From the NCBI GenBank assembly GCA_963677595.1, contig OY782041.1:3520001-3584000 (forward strand): 64,000 nt of DNA, read 5' to 3'. Below are positions 38,089-48,138 of this stretch, in pieces. The position numbers and the translations under genes are program-made. This DNA comes from Spirochaetia bacterium. Lineage in GTDB: Bacteria > Spirochaetota > Spirochaetia > CAKZLE01. Under the pieces are notes generated by a model that had not been told where the DNA came from, made no database searches, and worked only from the letters and a program-made list of their open reading frames with translations. Within the stretch, counting starts at the first letter, position 1. Every line of letters starts with the position of its first letter.

Positions 38089-39471
38089 TTATCCCACCAT
38101 ACTTACAGGCAGTACCTGCCGCATCTTCCTCCTCGTCCAGTAGAGGGAGAAGATAGCTGCTGACCAGTTTACGATCACCAGCCCCCACCAGACACCGTTT
38201 TCCTCCATCCCGAGGATGACAGCGAGGAGGGTGAACACTACCGCGGGTGCTGCCACCTGCCGATAGAAGCCGATCCACATGATCATAGAAGGTCTCTTTA
38301 TCCCCTGGAGCACCGAGTTGGACTGGGACATGATGATGTAGCTGAAATGGGTGATCCCCTGGATGAGCAGGTAGGTATAGCCGATGGTGATGACCTCTGT
38401 GCTGTCGGTGAAGAGAGTTAGGAGGTGCCTTCCGAAGAGGAGGACCGGGGACAGGAGGATAACCATGATACCGAACCCGTACCATAATGCCGTAGAGAAG
38501 GACTCACGCACCCTGTCGGGCCTGCCGGCCCCGTTGTTCTGGCCGACCATGGCCATCAGGGCTGTATTGAGCCCCATGTTGGGCACGAGGGCGATCTGCT
38601 CGATCCTGATGGCTGAACCGTAGGCAGCCACCACTGCTGTGCCGTAGCGGGAGATGTAAAAGGTGATCACGAAGGTTCCGGTCGCCATGATCATGAAGTT
38701 CATCATGGCAGGGATGACCTGCGAGATGATCTCCCTGCCCCGGGCTGGGTCCGGCTTGAGTTCTGAGCGTGAGGCACCCTTGAGGATCCCTGACTTCACG
38801 ACCACACGTAAGAGGTATAGGGCAGTGATGCCCTGAATGAGGATCGTGGCAGCCGCGATGCCAGCTTCCTGTAGCTCAGGTATGATGACCACCTCCCCAA
38901 TACGAACCCCGTAGAGGAAGAGCGGGTCGAGACCGAGGTTGAACAGGAACCCGATGATGAGGATGTTACGATTGGGTTTCGTCCTGCCCCGTGCCGTGAG
39001 GGCGGAGTTGATGACCATCGACATGGTCATCAGGATCGACCCGCCGACGATGACCGACCCGTACCGGAGTGCTCCCGGCATCACTGACGCCTCGGCATGC
39101 ATGAGAGTGAAGATCGGCCTGAGCAGGAAGAGCAGCGGTATGGTGAGCAGCAGCTGGATGATCGCGGCGAAGGAGATGCCCTGGAGGAAGATGATCCTTG
39201 CCTCATCCTCCTGCCTACTCCCGATGTAGTTCGAGACCAGGGCAGAGATACCAGCTGAGAAACCGACGCCGATGGTCATGGCCAGGAGATAGATCGGGAA
39301 GTTGAGTGAGAGGGCCGCGAGGGAGTCAGTCGAGGACTGTCCCGCCCAGAAGGTGTCCACCACGTTGTACATCGTGTTGAAGATGATCCCGACTGTCGCG
39401 GGGATCGCGATGGTACGGAGTGCGTAGGGAACGGGTGCGCTCGTCAGGTCCAGATGGTGGTCTCGTTTCAT
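38089..39471 (-). CDS. MATE family efflux transporter
   Basis: YNVVDTFW, NLGLDPLF, VGQNNGA. Confidence 0.92.
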   Translation of the reverse strand: MKRDHHLDLTSAPVPYALRTIAIPATVGIIFNTMYNVVDTFWAGQSSTDSLAALSLNFPIYLLAMTIGVGFSAGISALVSNYIGSRQEDEARIIFLQGISFAAIIQLLLTIPLLFLLRPIFTLMHAEASVMPGALRYGSVIVGGSILMTMSMVINSALTARGRTKPNRNILIIGFLFNLGLDPLFLYGVRIGEVVIIPELQEAGIAAATILIQGITALYLLRVVVKSGILKGASRSELKPDPARGREIISQVIPAMMNFMIMATGTFVITFYISRYGTAVVAAYGSAIRIEQIALVPNMGLNTALMAMVGQNNGAGRPDRVRESFSTALWYGFGIMVILLSPVLLFGRHLLTLFTDSTEVITIGYTYLLIQGITHFSYIIMSQSNSVLQGIKRPSMIMWIGFYRQVAAPAVVFTLLAVILGMEENGVWWGLVIVNWSAAIFSLYWTRRKMRQVLPVSMVG

Positions 39472-39491
39472 GGGGTAAATATACTACTGAA

Positions 39492-40895
39492 TCAGTCAGG
39501 TAGGGAACGGGATAATCGGTCGAATGCATAGATTTCCCTGCCTTCCGCATCCCGGAAGGTGACCCTGCAGGCATCAGCAGTCAGGAAGAGTTCCGTAAAG
39601 CCGAACACCCTGGTCTCGAGGAACACCGATGCCGGGGATAGGGTGAGCTCCTGCTTCGGCAGGGAGCCTCCGAGCGTACCGGTAACGAGGTAGTCGATCC
39701 CATCCTTGTGGAGGTGCTCGAACTGGTGGTTATGGCCGGAGAGCACAAGGTCCACCCCATGGTCGACGAACAGCCCGTGGAAGGTGTCGATCATTGGTTT
39801 CGGGTCATACCAGACTCGGGAGTCCAGCAGCCTGCCTGAGGAGAAGAAGAAGGCATGGCTGGCGATGATGATCAGGTGATCATCAGGGATGAGCTTGAGC
39901 TCTTCCTCAAGCCACCGCCTGATCGTGTCAGTGAAGAGCTCAGGCCCCCACTCGAGGTCAAGGGTGATGAGGTCTACCGTGGGGAATGGACGGTAATGGT
40001 GTGTCAGGGGAGGGCTTGCCGACAGCCTGGAAACGGCATCAGGCTCGAAGATCTCCTTCCAGCACGTCTCCCCTCCGAGCCAGGTGTCATGGTTCCCCGG
40101 GACCGGTATGACCGGGGTAGACTCAAGACAGTGGGAGAAGATCCTGCTTGAGAGGGCTTGCTGACGCCTGTCATGGCCCATCTGCACCGTATCGCCGAGG
40201 TTAACGAAGAGATCACAGCTCCCTGCAATGGTACGCAGGACTCTCTCCGTGGCTTCCCGGTCATTGGAGCCAGCCCCAATGTGGGCATCGGATGAGACCG
40301 CGATCCTCATCGAAGCTTCAGGAAGACAGACAGTCCCGTCGCCTGATCTACCTTCCAAACGGTAGGAGATGGGTATCTCCGGCTGCAGGTCCCTGATCAG
40401 GAAGGTATGGCTACGGGTCCTAAAGGGGTCAGAGACCTTCTTCACCTTCCCGCCGGTATGGCAGGTAAGGCTGTGCTGCCCCTTAGCTGCAGTACCGTAG
40501 GAGATCGCAAGGTCAGGAAGGCCGTAGCTGCCCTGCTGGTCGGTCATGATGATAAGCGGGGAGGTGTCGCAGTATGGTTGGAAGAGCCGGGTCCGCCAAG
40601 CGAGGATGACGGCATTCAGGAGCTCCAAGGCAAGCAGCAGGAGGCTCCAGAGCGGTATAGTCGATCCGGCGCCTGAGCAGAGGCGTTCAGCGATGGTGAT
40701 GACCGGGGCGAGCAATGCGAAGAGGAGCACCGGCATGTTCCGTCTCAACAGAGACGGGGTCCAGGCAAAGAGATGGCGGTTCCTTGGTGTGAGCAGGATC
40801 CTTCCCGCGATGAGGACGGGGAGAAGGGCGCACACGATCATGATCATGCTGAGTACCATGAGTGTCAGGGTATCACTGCATGAGCTTCCGTGCAA
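39492..40895 (-). CDS. Membrane-anchored metallophosphoesterase (purple acid phosphatase-like)
   Basis: SDAH, LGD, GNHD, SGHNH; N-terminal TM helices. Confidence 0.85.
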   Translation of the reverse strand: MHGSSCSDTLTLMVLSMIMIVCALLPVLIAGRILLTPRNRHLFAWTPSLLRRNMPVLLFALLAPVITIAERLCSGAGSTIPLWSLLLLALELLNAVILAWRTRLFQPYCDTSPLIIMTDQQGSYGLPDLAISYGTAAKGQHSLTCHTGGKVKKVSDPFRTRSHTFLIRDLQPEIPISYRLEGRSGDGTVCLPEASMRIAVSSDAHIGAGSNDREATERVLRTIAGSCDLFVNLGDTVQMGHDRRQQALSSRIFSHCLESTPVIPVPGNHDTWLGGETCWKEIFEPDAVSRLSASPPLTHHYRPFPTVDLITLDLEWGPELFTDTIRRWLEEELKLIPDDHLIIIASHAFFFSSGRLLDSRVWYDPKPMIDTFHGLFVDHGVDLVLSGHNHQFEHLHKDGIDYLVTGTLGGSLPKQELTLSPASVFLETRVFGFTELFLTADACRVTFRDAEGREIYAFDRLSRSLPD

Positions 40896-40899
40896 CCGA

Positions 40900-42897
40900 T
40901 CAGCTGCTCATCCTGGCCCGGAGTGCCTGGAGTTTCTTCAGGCTGTCCGCCATGGAGAGCTCCTCATCCTCCTGCACATGGGCGAGGAGGTCGACCGGGA
41001 TCTCCTGCAGGAAGCGCGAGGGGGTGGAGGTGATGACCTCCCGGAGGTATTTCCGCTGCCTGCAGCTGGTGATGACCAGCGACTGCTTCGCACGGGTGAT
41101 GGCGACATAGAAGAGCCTGCGCTCCTCCTCGAGGTTGTGCTCATCCTCCTCGATAGACCGGGCATGCGGGATGATATGGTCCTCCACGCCTGCGAGGAAG
41201 ACCGTGTTGAACTCGAGGCCCTTCGAGGCATGGATGGTCATGAGGTTGATCTTCCCCTGTTCCTTCTCCTTGGTGTCCGAGGTGTTGAGGGTGATCCGGT
41301 TGAGGTAGTCATAGATGTTCGGCTTCAGGTTGTCCGGGTCGTTCTCCCATCGCTGGAACATGTCGAGGAAGATCTCGACGTTCTTCAGTTTCCATTTCAC
41401 GAGTCGCTCGTTCTCCGGGTGCTCGCCGATCAGGTAGGAGCGGTAGTCGATGGCCGCGATCAGCCCCTTCATCGAGTGGGCCATGTTCTTCTTCGAGAAA
41501 ATCTTCTGCTTATACTCCTCGATCAGCTCCGTGAAGGACTCGCAGATGCCGTGGAGCCTGTCGGCGACCGGTGCATCGGGATCATGGGCCATCTTCGAGA
41601 CGGCTGAGAAGAGCGACATATGGTGCGACTTCGCGTAGCTGCGCAGCTGTTCGAGGGAGACGCGGCCGATGCCGCGCCTCGGCGTGTTGATGATCCGCAG
41701 GAAGTTCACGTCGTCATCGGGGTTCGTGAGCAGCCGCATGTACGCGATGATATCCTTGATCTCCTTGCGGCCGAAGAAGCTCTGTCCCCCGGAAACCGTA
41801 TAGGGGATCTGCTGGGAGAGGAACTCCTGCTCCAGGGTGGCAAGCAGGCTGTTGGTCCTGACGAGCACGCCCATATCGTCATACGAGACCTGCTCATCGA
41901 AGCCGATCTGCTTGATCGTGGAGCAGATGAAGTCTGCCTCATGCTCCTCGTCCTCAGGATGGAAGATCGATATGCTGTTCCCCTTCTCGCTGCCGGTCCA
42001 GAGTTCTTTGCTCTTCCGCTTGGTATTGTTGGCGATCACGGTATTCGCCGCATGGAGGATGTTGCCGGTGGAGCGGTAGTTCTGCTCCAGCATGATCTCC
42101 TTCACCTCCGGGAAGTCCCGCTCGAATCTCACGATGTTCTCGTAACTCGCGCCCCTCCAGGAGTAGATGGACTGGTCGTCGTCCCCGACGACGCAGATAT
42201 TCCTGCTCTCGGAGGCGAGGAGGTTGAGCAGCCGGTACTGGACGAGCGAGGTGTCCTGGAACTCATCGACCATGATGTAGGTATACCGGTCACGGTATGC
42301 CTGCAGGACACCCGGGAAGGTCTCGAAGAGCTTGATCGGCAGGGTGATGAGGTCATCGAAGTCGACGGCATTATAGGCCTTGAGGTGGAGGTTGTACTCC
42401 TCATAGATCTTCTCGTAGCTCCGGTTCTCATTGCTCCAGGAGGTACGTCCGGTCTTGATCGCGGAGAAGAGGTTCGAGAGCTCATAGAGGTCGATGCTCT
42501 CCAGCGGTATATGCAGGTCACGCACGATCCCCTTGATCATGGCTGACTTGTCAGCCTGGTCGTAGATCGTGAAGTTGTGGTCGAAGCCGAGGTGGTCGAT
42601 CTTCGACCGCAGCACCTGGACCCCGAAGGCGTGGAAGGTCGAGGTCGTGAGCTTCGGCAGGGGACTCCTGGTGAGCTGGCGCACACGTTCAGCCATCTCA
42701 GTCGCCGCCTTGTTGGTGAAGGTGAGGGCCAGGATGTTCGACTGGGCAATACCCTGTTCGAGCATATGGGCGATCCGGTAGGTGATCATCCTCGTCTTGC
42801 CTGAACCGGCCCCTGCTATGATGAGGACCGGCCCGTCAAGGGTCGAGGCTGCCTGGTACTGTCTGTCGTTGAGTTCTTTCTTGAGGTTGATTGCCAT
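40900..42897 (-). CDS. UvrD/Rep/PcrA family DNA helicase
   Basis: AGAGSGKT, VDEFQD, GDDDQSIY, QNYRS, TIHASKGLEF. Confidence 0.96.
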   Translation of the reverse strand: MAINLKKELNDRQYQAASTLDGPVLIIAGAGSGKTRMITYRIAHMLEQGIAQSNILALTFTNKAATEMAERVRQLTRSPLPKLTTSTFHAFGVQVLRSKIDHLGFDHNFTIYDQADKSAMIKGIVRDLHIPLESIDLYELSNLFSAIKTGRTSWSNENRSYEKIYEEYNLHLKAYNAVDFDDLITLPIKLFETFPGVLQAYRDRYTYIMVDEFQDTSLVQYRLLNLLASESRNICVVGDDDQSIYSWRGASYENIVRFERDFPEVKEIMLEQNYRSTGNILHAANTVIANNTKRKSKELWTGSEKGNSISIFHPEDEEHEADFICSTIKQIGFDEQVSYDDMGVLVRTNSLLATLEQEFLSQQIPYTVSGGQSFFGRKEIKDIIAYMRLLTNPDDDVNFLRIINTPRRGIGRVSLEQLRSYAKSHHMSLFSAVSKMAHDPDAPVADRLHGICESFTELIEEYKQKIFSKKNMAHSMKGLIAAIDYRSYLIGEHPENERLVKWKLKNVEIFLDMFQRWENDPDNLKPNIYDYLNRITLNTSDTKEKEQGKINLMTIHASKGLEFNTVFLAGVEDHIIPHARSIEEDEHNLEEERRLFYVAITRAKQSLVITSCRQRKYLREVITSTPSRFLQEIPVDLLAHVQEDEELSMADSLKKLQALRARMSS

Positions 42898-42913
42898 GCT
42901 GTACCTTTATGTG

Positions 42914-43393
42914 TCAGAGAGATTTGATGAAGATCGAATGGGTGCCGACACCCATGAGGATGATCGTCGAGACGATCAGGCCGGAGATGATCACCCCGCC
43001 AAGGACGGCAAGGCAGGTCCGCTTCCACTCCAGGCCGAGAACCCAGGCCCCGAGTGTCCCGGTATAGGCGCCGGTGATCGGGAGGGGGATCGCGACGAAG
43101 AGCATCACACCGAGATACTCATACTTCTTCACCTTTTCCTCGATCCTCAGCCGTGCACGCTGTACGAACCGGTCGAAGAGCTTGGAGTACCACTCCCACC
43201 GGTAGAAGAGCTTGTGTACCGAAGAGAGGAAGATATAGACGAGCGGTGCGACACAGGCATTGATCCCCACGCTGAGGAGGTAGGAAGCCTGTATCGACAT
43301 CCCATTGAAATAGGCATAGGGCAGCGCTCCCCTGAGTTCTGAGATCGGCAGCAGGGCGAAGAGTATGGTGGCAGTCACAGTCGTTGTTTCCAT
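42914..43393 (-). CDS. COG2426 small multi-drug export family membrane protein
   Basis: LPISELRGA, FVAIPLPITGAYTG. Confidence 0.88.
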   Translation of the reverse strand: METTTVTATILFALLPISELRGALPYAYFNGMSIQASYLLSVGINACVAPLVYIFLSSVHKLFYRWEWYSKLFDRFVQRARLRIEEKVKKYEYLGVMLFVAIPLPITGAYTGTLGAWVLGLEWKRTCLAVLGGVIISGLIVSTIILMGVGTHSIFIKSL

Positions 43394-43442
43394 TGGTCCT
43401 CCGGAACTCCCATCATGGGAAAAATACGGGGTGTGGTCAAGG

Positions 43443-43696
43443 GCTCAAGGCTGTTTACAGCCTTGAGCTTGGCATGATCCTAATGGCTCATGGGGCCTGA
43501 TTCATCGTAAACGACCTTTAGCTTGGCATGATCCTAATGGATCATGGGGCTTTCAAAGGTCATTAGCTTGGCATGATCCAAGGATCATGTGGCCTATTTT
43601 ATCGTAAACAGCCTTGAGCACTGTTTTATCGTAAACAGCCTTGAGCTTTGCATGATCCACAGATCATGGGGCTTTCAAAGGTCATTAGCTTGGCAT
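43443..43696. repeat. Mosaic hairpin repeat array
   Basis: Four units AGCTTGGCATGATCC-N2-4-GGATCATGGGGC at 43466, 43520, 43565 and 43644, a partial fifth at 43687, and interspersed TCGTAAAC and TTTCAAAGGTCATT repeats. Confidence 0.85.
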
Positions 43697-44785
43697 AATC
43701 TCGATGGCGTCAGCAGGACAGACCTCATGGCAGCAGTAGCATCTGATGCAGACCCCGTGGTCGATCGTCAGGGACGATGAACCGCTGATCGCGTCAGCGG
43801 GGCAGATCTTCTCGCATTTCCTGCAGAGTATGCATGCATCATTCATGATGACCGGGGGCGGGTCCTGCTTCTTGCCGAACCAGGATCGCAGGATCCTCAC
43901 TGCCAGGGATGGGACATGGGTGGGGGAGCTGCGCTTGATGCGCACGAAGCTCTCCGGCGCGACATCCTCGGGACGTGAGAGCGGGTAGGTTATAGCATCG
44001 GCATCGATGGAGTGTACTATCCTGCGCCTCAGCGCCTCGGCGAGGATCGGTATATCATGGGGACGTTCCCCCATGATGGTCACCGCTGCCGTGTCGAGGG
44101 CAAGCCCGTCATCAGAGACGATGACAGCACCTACTTTCTTCGGCGTCCCGTTCCCAGGGCCCGGACCCTCCATGGCGACGATCGCGTCCATGATGTGTAT
44201 GTTCACCGGTATTGACTGGTAGAGATCGAGGATCATTCGGGCGAACTGCCGCTTGCCCCGGTACCTCAGGTGGTAGGGGCTTTTGGAGAGCGACGGGATG
44301 AGCCCGAAGAGGTTCTTCACCGCTCCCGTGTAGAACATGAACTGGTGGGTCTTCATCTTCGGCAGGTTCACGATATAGTCAGCCTCAGTGGCGATTGAGG
44401 CTACCGTGAAGGACTCACTGCCATGGTAGACGGTGACCGTCTTCTTCGTGAAGTCGACCCAAGGCACCGATAACCGGTCGCATACCTCCCTGATACCGCT
44501 CTGTCTCGGGGCGAATCCCGGGGTCTGGATCGCCGGGGAATCCCCGACAACCGGCTTCCCGCCACGTTCGAGGATGATGGAGCAGACCGCCTCGACGACT
44601 GCCGGGTGGGTGGTCACTGCCTTCTGCGGTCCCTTATCCGAGAGGATGTTCGGCTTCACAAGGACGAGCTTGTCTTGCAGGTCTGGGATCCCTATCACCT
44701 CCCAGCTCTCTTCGACAGCTTCCCGCACGGCAGCGGGGTCATAGGTAGAACATGGCCTGATCGCGACAGTCCTCTCTGTTTTCAT
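43685..44785 (-). CDS. DUF362 domain protein with C-terminal 2x[4Fe-4S] ferredoxin
   Basis: VKPN, TTHP, NLPKMKTH, GAVKNLFG, two CxxCxxCxxxCP motifs. Confidence 0.9.
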   Translation of the reverse strand: MKTERTVAIRPCSTYDPAAVREAVEESWEVIGIPDLQDKLVLVKPNILSDKGPQKAVTTHPAVVEAVCSIILERGGKPVVGDSPAIQTPGFAPRQSGIREVCDRLSVPWVDFTKKTVTVYHGSESFTVASIATEADYIVNLPKMKTHQFMFYTGAVKNLFGLIPSLSKSPYHLRYRGKRQFARMILDLYQSIPVNIHIMDAIVAMEGPGPGNGTPKKVGAVIVSDDGLALDTAAVTIMGERPHDIPILAEALRRRIVHSIDADAITYPLSRPEDVAPESFVRIKRSSPTHVPSLAVRILRSWFGKKQDPPPVIMNDACILCRKCEKICPADAISGSSSLTIDHGVCIRCYCCHEVCPADAIEIMPS

Positions 44786-44859
44786 CGTAAAGCTCCTTGG
44801 TAACAGCATGGTTCAGCGTTGACATACACAGCGTGATTCACTTACTCTAGAAGTCTATT

Positions 44860-45561
44860 ATGCAGGAAAAATTCAAGGAAGTACAAGCGGCAGCGGACGG
44901 CATCATCTGTGACCTGGATGGTACACTGCTGAACACCATAGCGGACATCGCGGCAGCGATCGAACCCGTCCTCTCTTCAAGGGGATTCCCCGGCCATCCG
45001 GTCGAGGATTACAAGCAGTTCGTGGGGGACGGCTTGAAGAAGACCCTCATCAGGGCCCTCCCTGAAGGCCACGGGCTTGCTGACGAAGCTGTAGACAGTC
45101 TCTATGGTGAGATGATGCGCAACTACCAGGCCTCCCCCTACCGGCACACCGTACCCTATGAGGGGATCTCTCGGTTCCTGGAGGAGATCATCAGTCTTGG
45201 CATCCCGGTCGCGATCCTCTCGAACAAGGACCATGCGCTCACCGTGGAGATCGTGAGCCATATCCTGCCTTCCTTCGAGTTCTCCTGGGTGCAGGGACTG
45301 AAAGCCCCCTATGCGGGGAAACCCGACCCCGAGGCGGTCCTGATGATCGCCGGCGTCATGGGATGTCGTCCTGAGCGGACGCTCTTCATCGGTGATTCCG
45401 AGGTGGACTACCTGACAGCCCAGAATGCCGGCATGATCCCGCGGGTGGTGACCTGGGGGTTCCGGGATGCGAATGAGATGAAGAAGAGTATCGATGAGTC
45501 ATTGATGATAGATACCCCCCAGGAGCTGCTGCAGGATGTGAAAGCGCTCCTTGGGAGATAG
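44860..45561 (+). CDS. HAD phosphatase (phosphoglycolate phosphatase-like)
   Basis: DLDGT, SNK, KPDP, GDSEVD. Confidence 0.9.
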   Translation: MQEKFKEVQAAADGIICDLDGTLLNTIADIAAAIEPVLSSRGFPGHPVEDYKQFVGDGLKKTLIRALPEGHGLADEAVDSLYGEMMRNYQASPYRHTVPYEGISRFLEEIISLGIPVAILSNKDHALTVEIVSHILPSFEFSWVQGLKAPYAGKPDPEAVLMIAGVMGCRPERTLFIGDSEVDYLTAQNAGMIPRVVTWGFRDANEMKKSIDESLMIDTPQELLQDVKALLGR

Positions 45562-45583
45562 GATGAAGAGTATGGAGGGAACC

Positions 45584-47278
45584 ATGGATTTCGAGATGTA
45601 TTATGAGAAGGCTTCAGAGTATGTGAAGTATGAGTCAGTCGATACGTTCAGGCAGGAAGTCATCCAGGCGATGAACCAGGAGGATGTCGAGGAGCTCCAT
45701 GACCGGTTCTACACCGAGCTCGAGTTCGGGACTGCGGGGATGCGCGGCGTCATCGGCGGCGGGTACAACCGGATGAACCCCTACATCGTGAGCAAGGTGA
45801 CCCAAGGGTTGGCTGACTACATCAACGAGGCCTCACCTGACAACCGCACCGTGGTCATCGCCTGCGACTCGCGCAACTACTCGGAACTCTTTTCCGAAGT
45901 ATCTGCCCAGGTTCTCTGTGCCAACGGCATCAGGGTCTACCTCTATGACACGATCCATCCGGTACCGCTGCTCTCCCATGCGGTACGATACCTCGGCTGT
46001 GCCGCGGGCATCACCATCACGGCAAGCCATAACCCTCCCAAGTACAACGGCTACAAGGTCTACTGGTCCGACGGGGGCCAGGTGATCCCGCCCCATGATA
46101 CCGGCATCGTCAGCAAGGTCCGACAGGTTGCCGACGGCAGCATGATCAAGACCATGTCTTCAGCGGATGCACGTTCTCGCCGCCTGCTCTCCGGGGTTCC
46201 CGAAGAGGTGGATGCAGCCTACTACGACAAGGTCCTCGCCGATCCGGTCAGGAAGGCAGCCTTCGCTGAGGATGTCCCCTGCAAGGTAGTCTATACCCCG
46301 ATCCACGGGTCGGGGAACGTCCCCGTCCAGCACCTGCTCAAGACCCTTGGGGTAGACTACGAGGTGGTGGCTGAGCAGGAGGAGGCGAACGGGGACTTCC
46401 CGACGGTCACCCTCCCGAACCCCGAGAATCCGCAGGCCATGAGCCTCGCGATCGAGCTCGGCAGGAAGACAGGTGCCGATATCATCCTGGGGACCGACCC
46501 GGACTCGGACAGGCTCGGGATCGGCTTCCCGACAGATCCGGGGAAACAGGAGTTCTCCCTGCTGAACGGCAACCAGATCGCCGTCCTGCTGTGCGACTAC
46601 CTCCTTGCTACCCGGACCCCTGCGACCCCTGCCGTCTGCGTGAAGAGTATCGTCACCACTGACCTGATGGGTGCCGTGGCTGCTGCTGCGGGGTCGGAAT
46701 GCCGCGACGTACTGACCGGGTTCAAGTATATCGCCGACCAGATGATCAAGATCGAGGCTGAGGGGAAGAGCTTCATCTTCGGGGCTGAGGAGAGTTTCGG
46801 ATACAACTCCATGCTCGATGTGCATGACAAGGATGCCGTCTCCTCTGCCATTCTGGCCGTGGAGATGATGAAGTACCATGCGAAGAACGGGAAGAGCCTC
46901 CAGGACCGCCTCGAGGAGATCTGGGGTGAGTTCGGGTTCTACCTCGAGAAGGTCATCTCGAAGGACTACCCCGGTTCGGAAGGCAAGGCCGAGATGGAGG
47001 CGATCATGCGCTCCTACCGTGAGGCCGCCCCGACCGAGATCGGCGGGATGGCCGTCGAGTCGGTCGAGGACCTCCTCGCCGGCACGGGATCCTTGCCTCC
47101 GGCGGACGTGATCATCCTCCGCCTCAAGGGCGGGAGCAAGGTCATCGTCAGGCCGAGCGGGACGGAACCGAAGATAAAGTTCTACCTCTTCAGCGTGGCG
47201 AAGGAGGCCGACCTGGATGCGGCCAAAGCCGAGAGTGCCCGTCGCCAGCAGGCGATGATCACCTCGCTCGGGCTGTAA
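45584..47278 (+). CDS. Phosphoglucomutase/phosphomannomutase
   Basis: FGTAGMRG, TASHNP, DPDSDR, RPSGTEPK. Confidence 0.95.
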   Translation: MDFEMYYEKASEYVKYESVDTFRQEVIQAMNQEDVEELHDRFYTELEFGTAGMRGVIGGGYNRMNPYIVSKVTQGLADYINEASPDNRTVVIACDSRNYSELFSEVSAQVLCANGIRVYLYDTIHPVPLLSHAVRYLGCAAGITITASHNPPKYNGYKVYWSDGGQVIPPHDTGIVSKVRQVADGSMIKTMSSADARSRRLLSGVPEEVDAAYYDKVLADPVRKAAFAEDVPCKVVYTPIHGSGNVPVQHLLKTLGVDYEVVAEQEEANGDFPTVTLPNPENPQAMSLAIELGRKTGADIILGTDPDSDRLGIGFPTDPGKQEFSLLNGNQIAVLLCDYLLATRTPATPAVCVKSIVTTDLMGAVAAAAGSECRDVLTGFKYIADQMIKIEAEGKSFIFGAEESFGYNSMLDVHDKDAVSSAILAVEMMKYHAKNGKSLQDRLEEIWGEFGFYLEKVISKDYPGSEGKAEMEAIMRSYREAAPTEIGGMAVESVEDLLAGTGSLPPADVIILRLKGGSKVIVRPSGTEPKIKFYLFSVAKEADLDAAKAESARRQQAMITSLGL

Positions 47279-47336
47279 TCGTTTCCCATTCGCCCGTTTT
47301 GGTAGTATAGTAGTAGAAGAAAGGAGTACCTAAACC

Positions 47337-48083
47337 ATGAAGCCGTTCTATGCATTGAGACGCAACAGCAATGACCTGATCCTGCTCACCCCCTTCCTCG
47401 ACCGGAGAGAGGTGGTGAGTTGGGAAGACGAGGATATCATCGTGCAGCTCTCCGGCTCCTGCGAACCCTCGATCGAGGAGACGATCCAGTACCGGCTCTA
47501 CAGTGCCATAGACGCTGCCGTCGATGCCTGGATCCAGGAACTGAAGTATATCCCTCGGCTGATCAACTCGGCACTGGCCTTCCTCGTCAGCTACTTCTTC
47601 TTCTCCTTCGTGGTACGGGACCCCGTCCCCGTGCTTGATGAGATGCTCCTCTCTGGCGGTGCCGCGGTCGCCGTCTACATCTGGACAGCGGCGAAGAACC
47701 GGAAGTCGGACCTGGCGACGAAGAAGCGGATGGAGCTCAAGAACCTCGTCGACGCGTCCGAATGCCGGGTCGACGAGAGCCTCTCTGCCTACGAGCAGCT
47801 GCTGAACGTCTATGACGAGATGCCGCCGCTCACCCTTGCCGATAAGCTCACCGGCAATGACGAGACCCTCGACCCCGTGGAGTTGCCCGCCCAGTCAGAG
47901 GTCGTGCAGGCCTACCTGGGCCTCTATCTGCGGCAGTTCGACCGGTACCGGAAGGCCATCGATGCCCTCGATGACAGCAGGATGACCGGGAGGCAGCGCG
48001 AGCGGCTCTCCGCCCGTCTCCTGACCATGTCGAGGAACCGGAAGATAGATCTTCCCCTGATCGCCCTGTTTCGCAGCCTCTAG
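47337..48083 (+). CDS. Hypothetical protein with two central TM segments
   Basis: 248 aa ORF, AGGAG RBS, RDPVPVLDE between TM segments. Confidence 0.7.
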   Translation: MKPFYALRRNSNDLILLTPFLDRREVVSWEDEDIIVQLSGSCEPSIEETIQYRLYSAIDAAVDAWIQELKYIPRLINSALAFLVSYFFFSFVVRDPVPVLDEMLLSGGAAVAVYIWTAAKNRKSDLATKKRMELKNLVDASECRVDESLSAYEQLLNVYDEMPPLTLADKLTGNDETLDPVELPAQSEVVQAYLGLYLRQFDRYRKAIDALDDSRMTGRQRERLSARLLTMSRNRKIDLPLIALFRSL

Positions 48084-48138
48084 TTGAAGCATTCTCACCG
48101 AAAAGCTGTTTATACTCTATGTGAAGCATTATCATCCC

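Noticed and set aside
40546-42546. Long plus-strand ORFs (353 and 308 aa)
   Set aside because: Antisense shadows of the UvrD helicase gene.
43443-43696. Possible CRISPR array
   Set aside because: The spacers are of unequal length (14-50 bp) and themselves repeated; no cas genes in the window.
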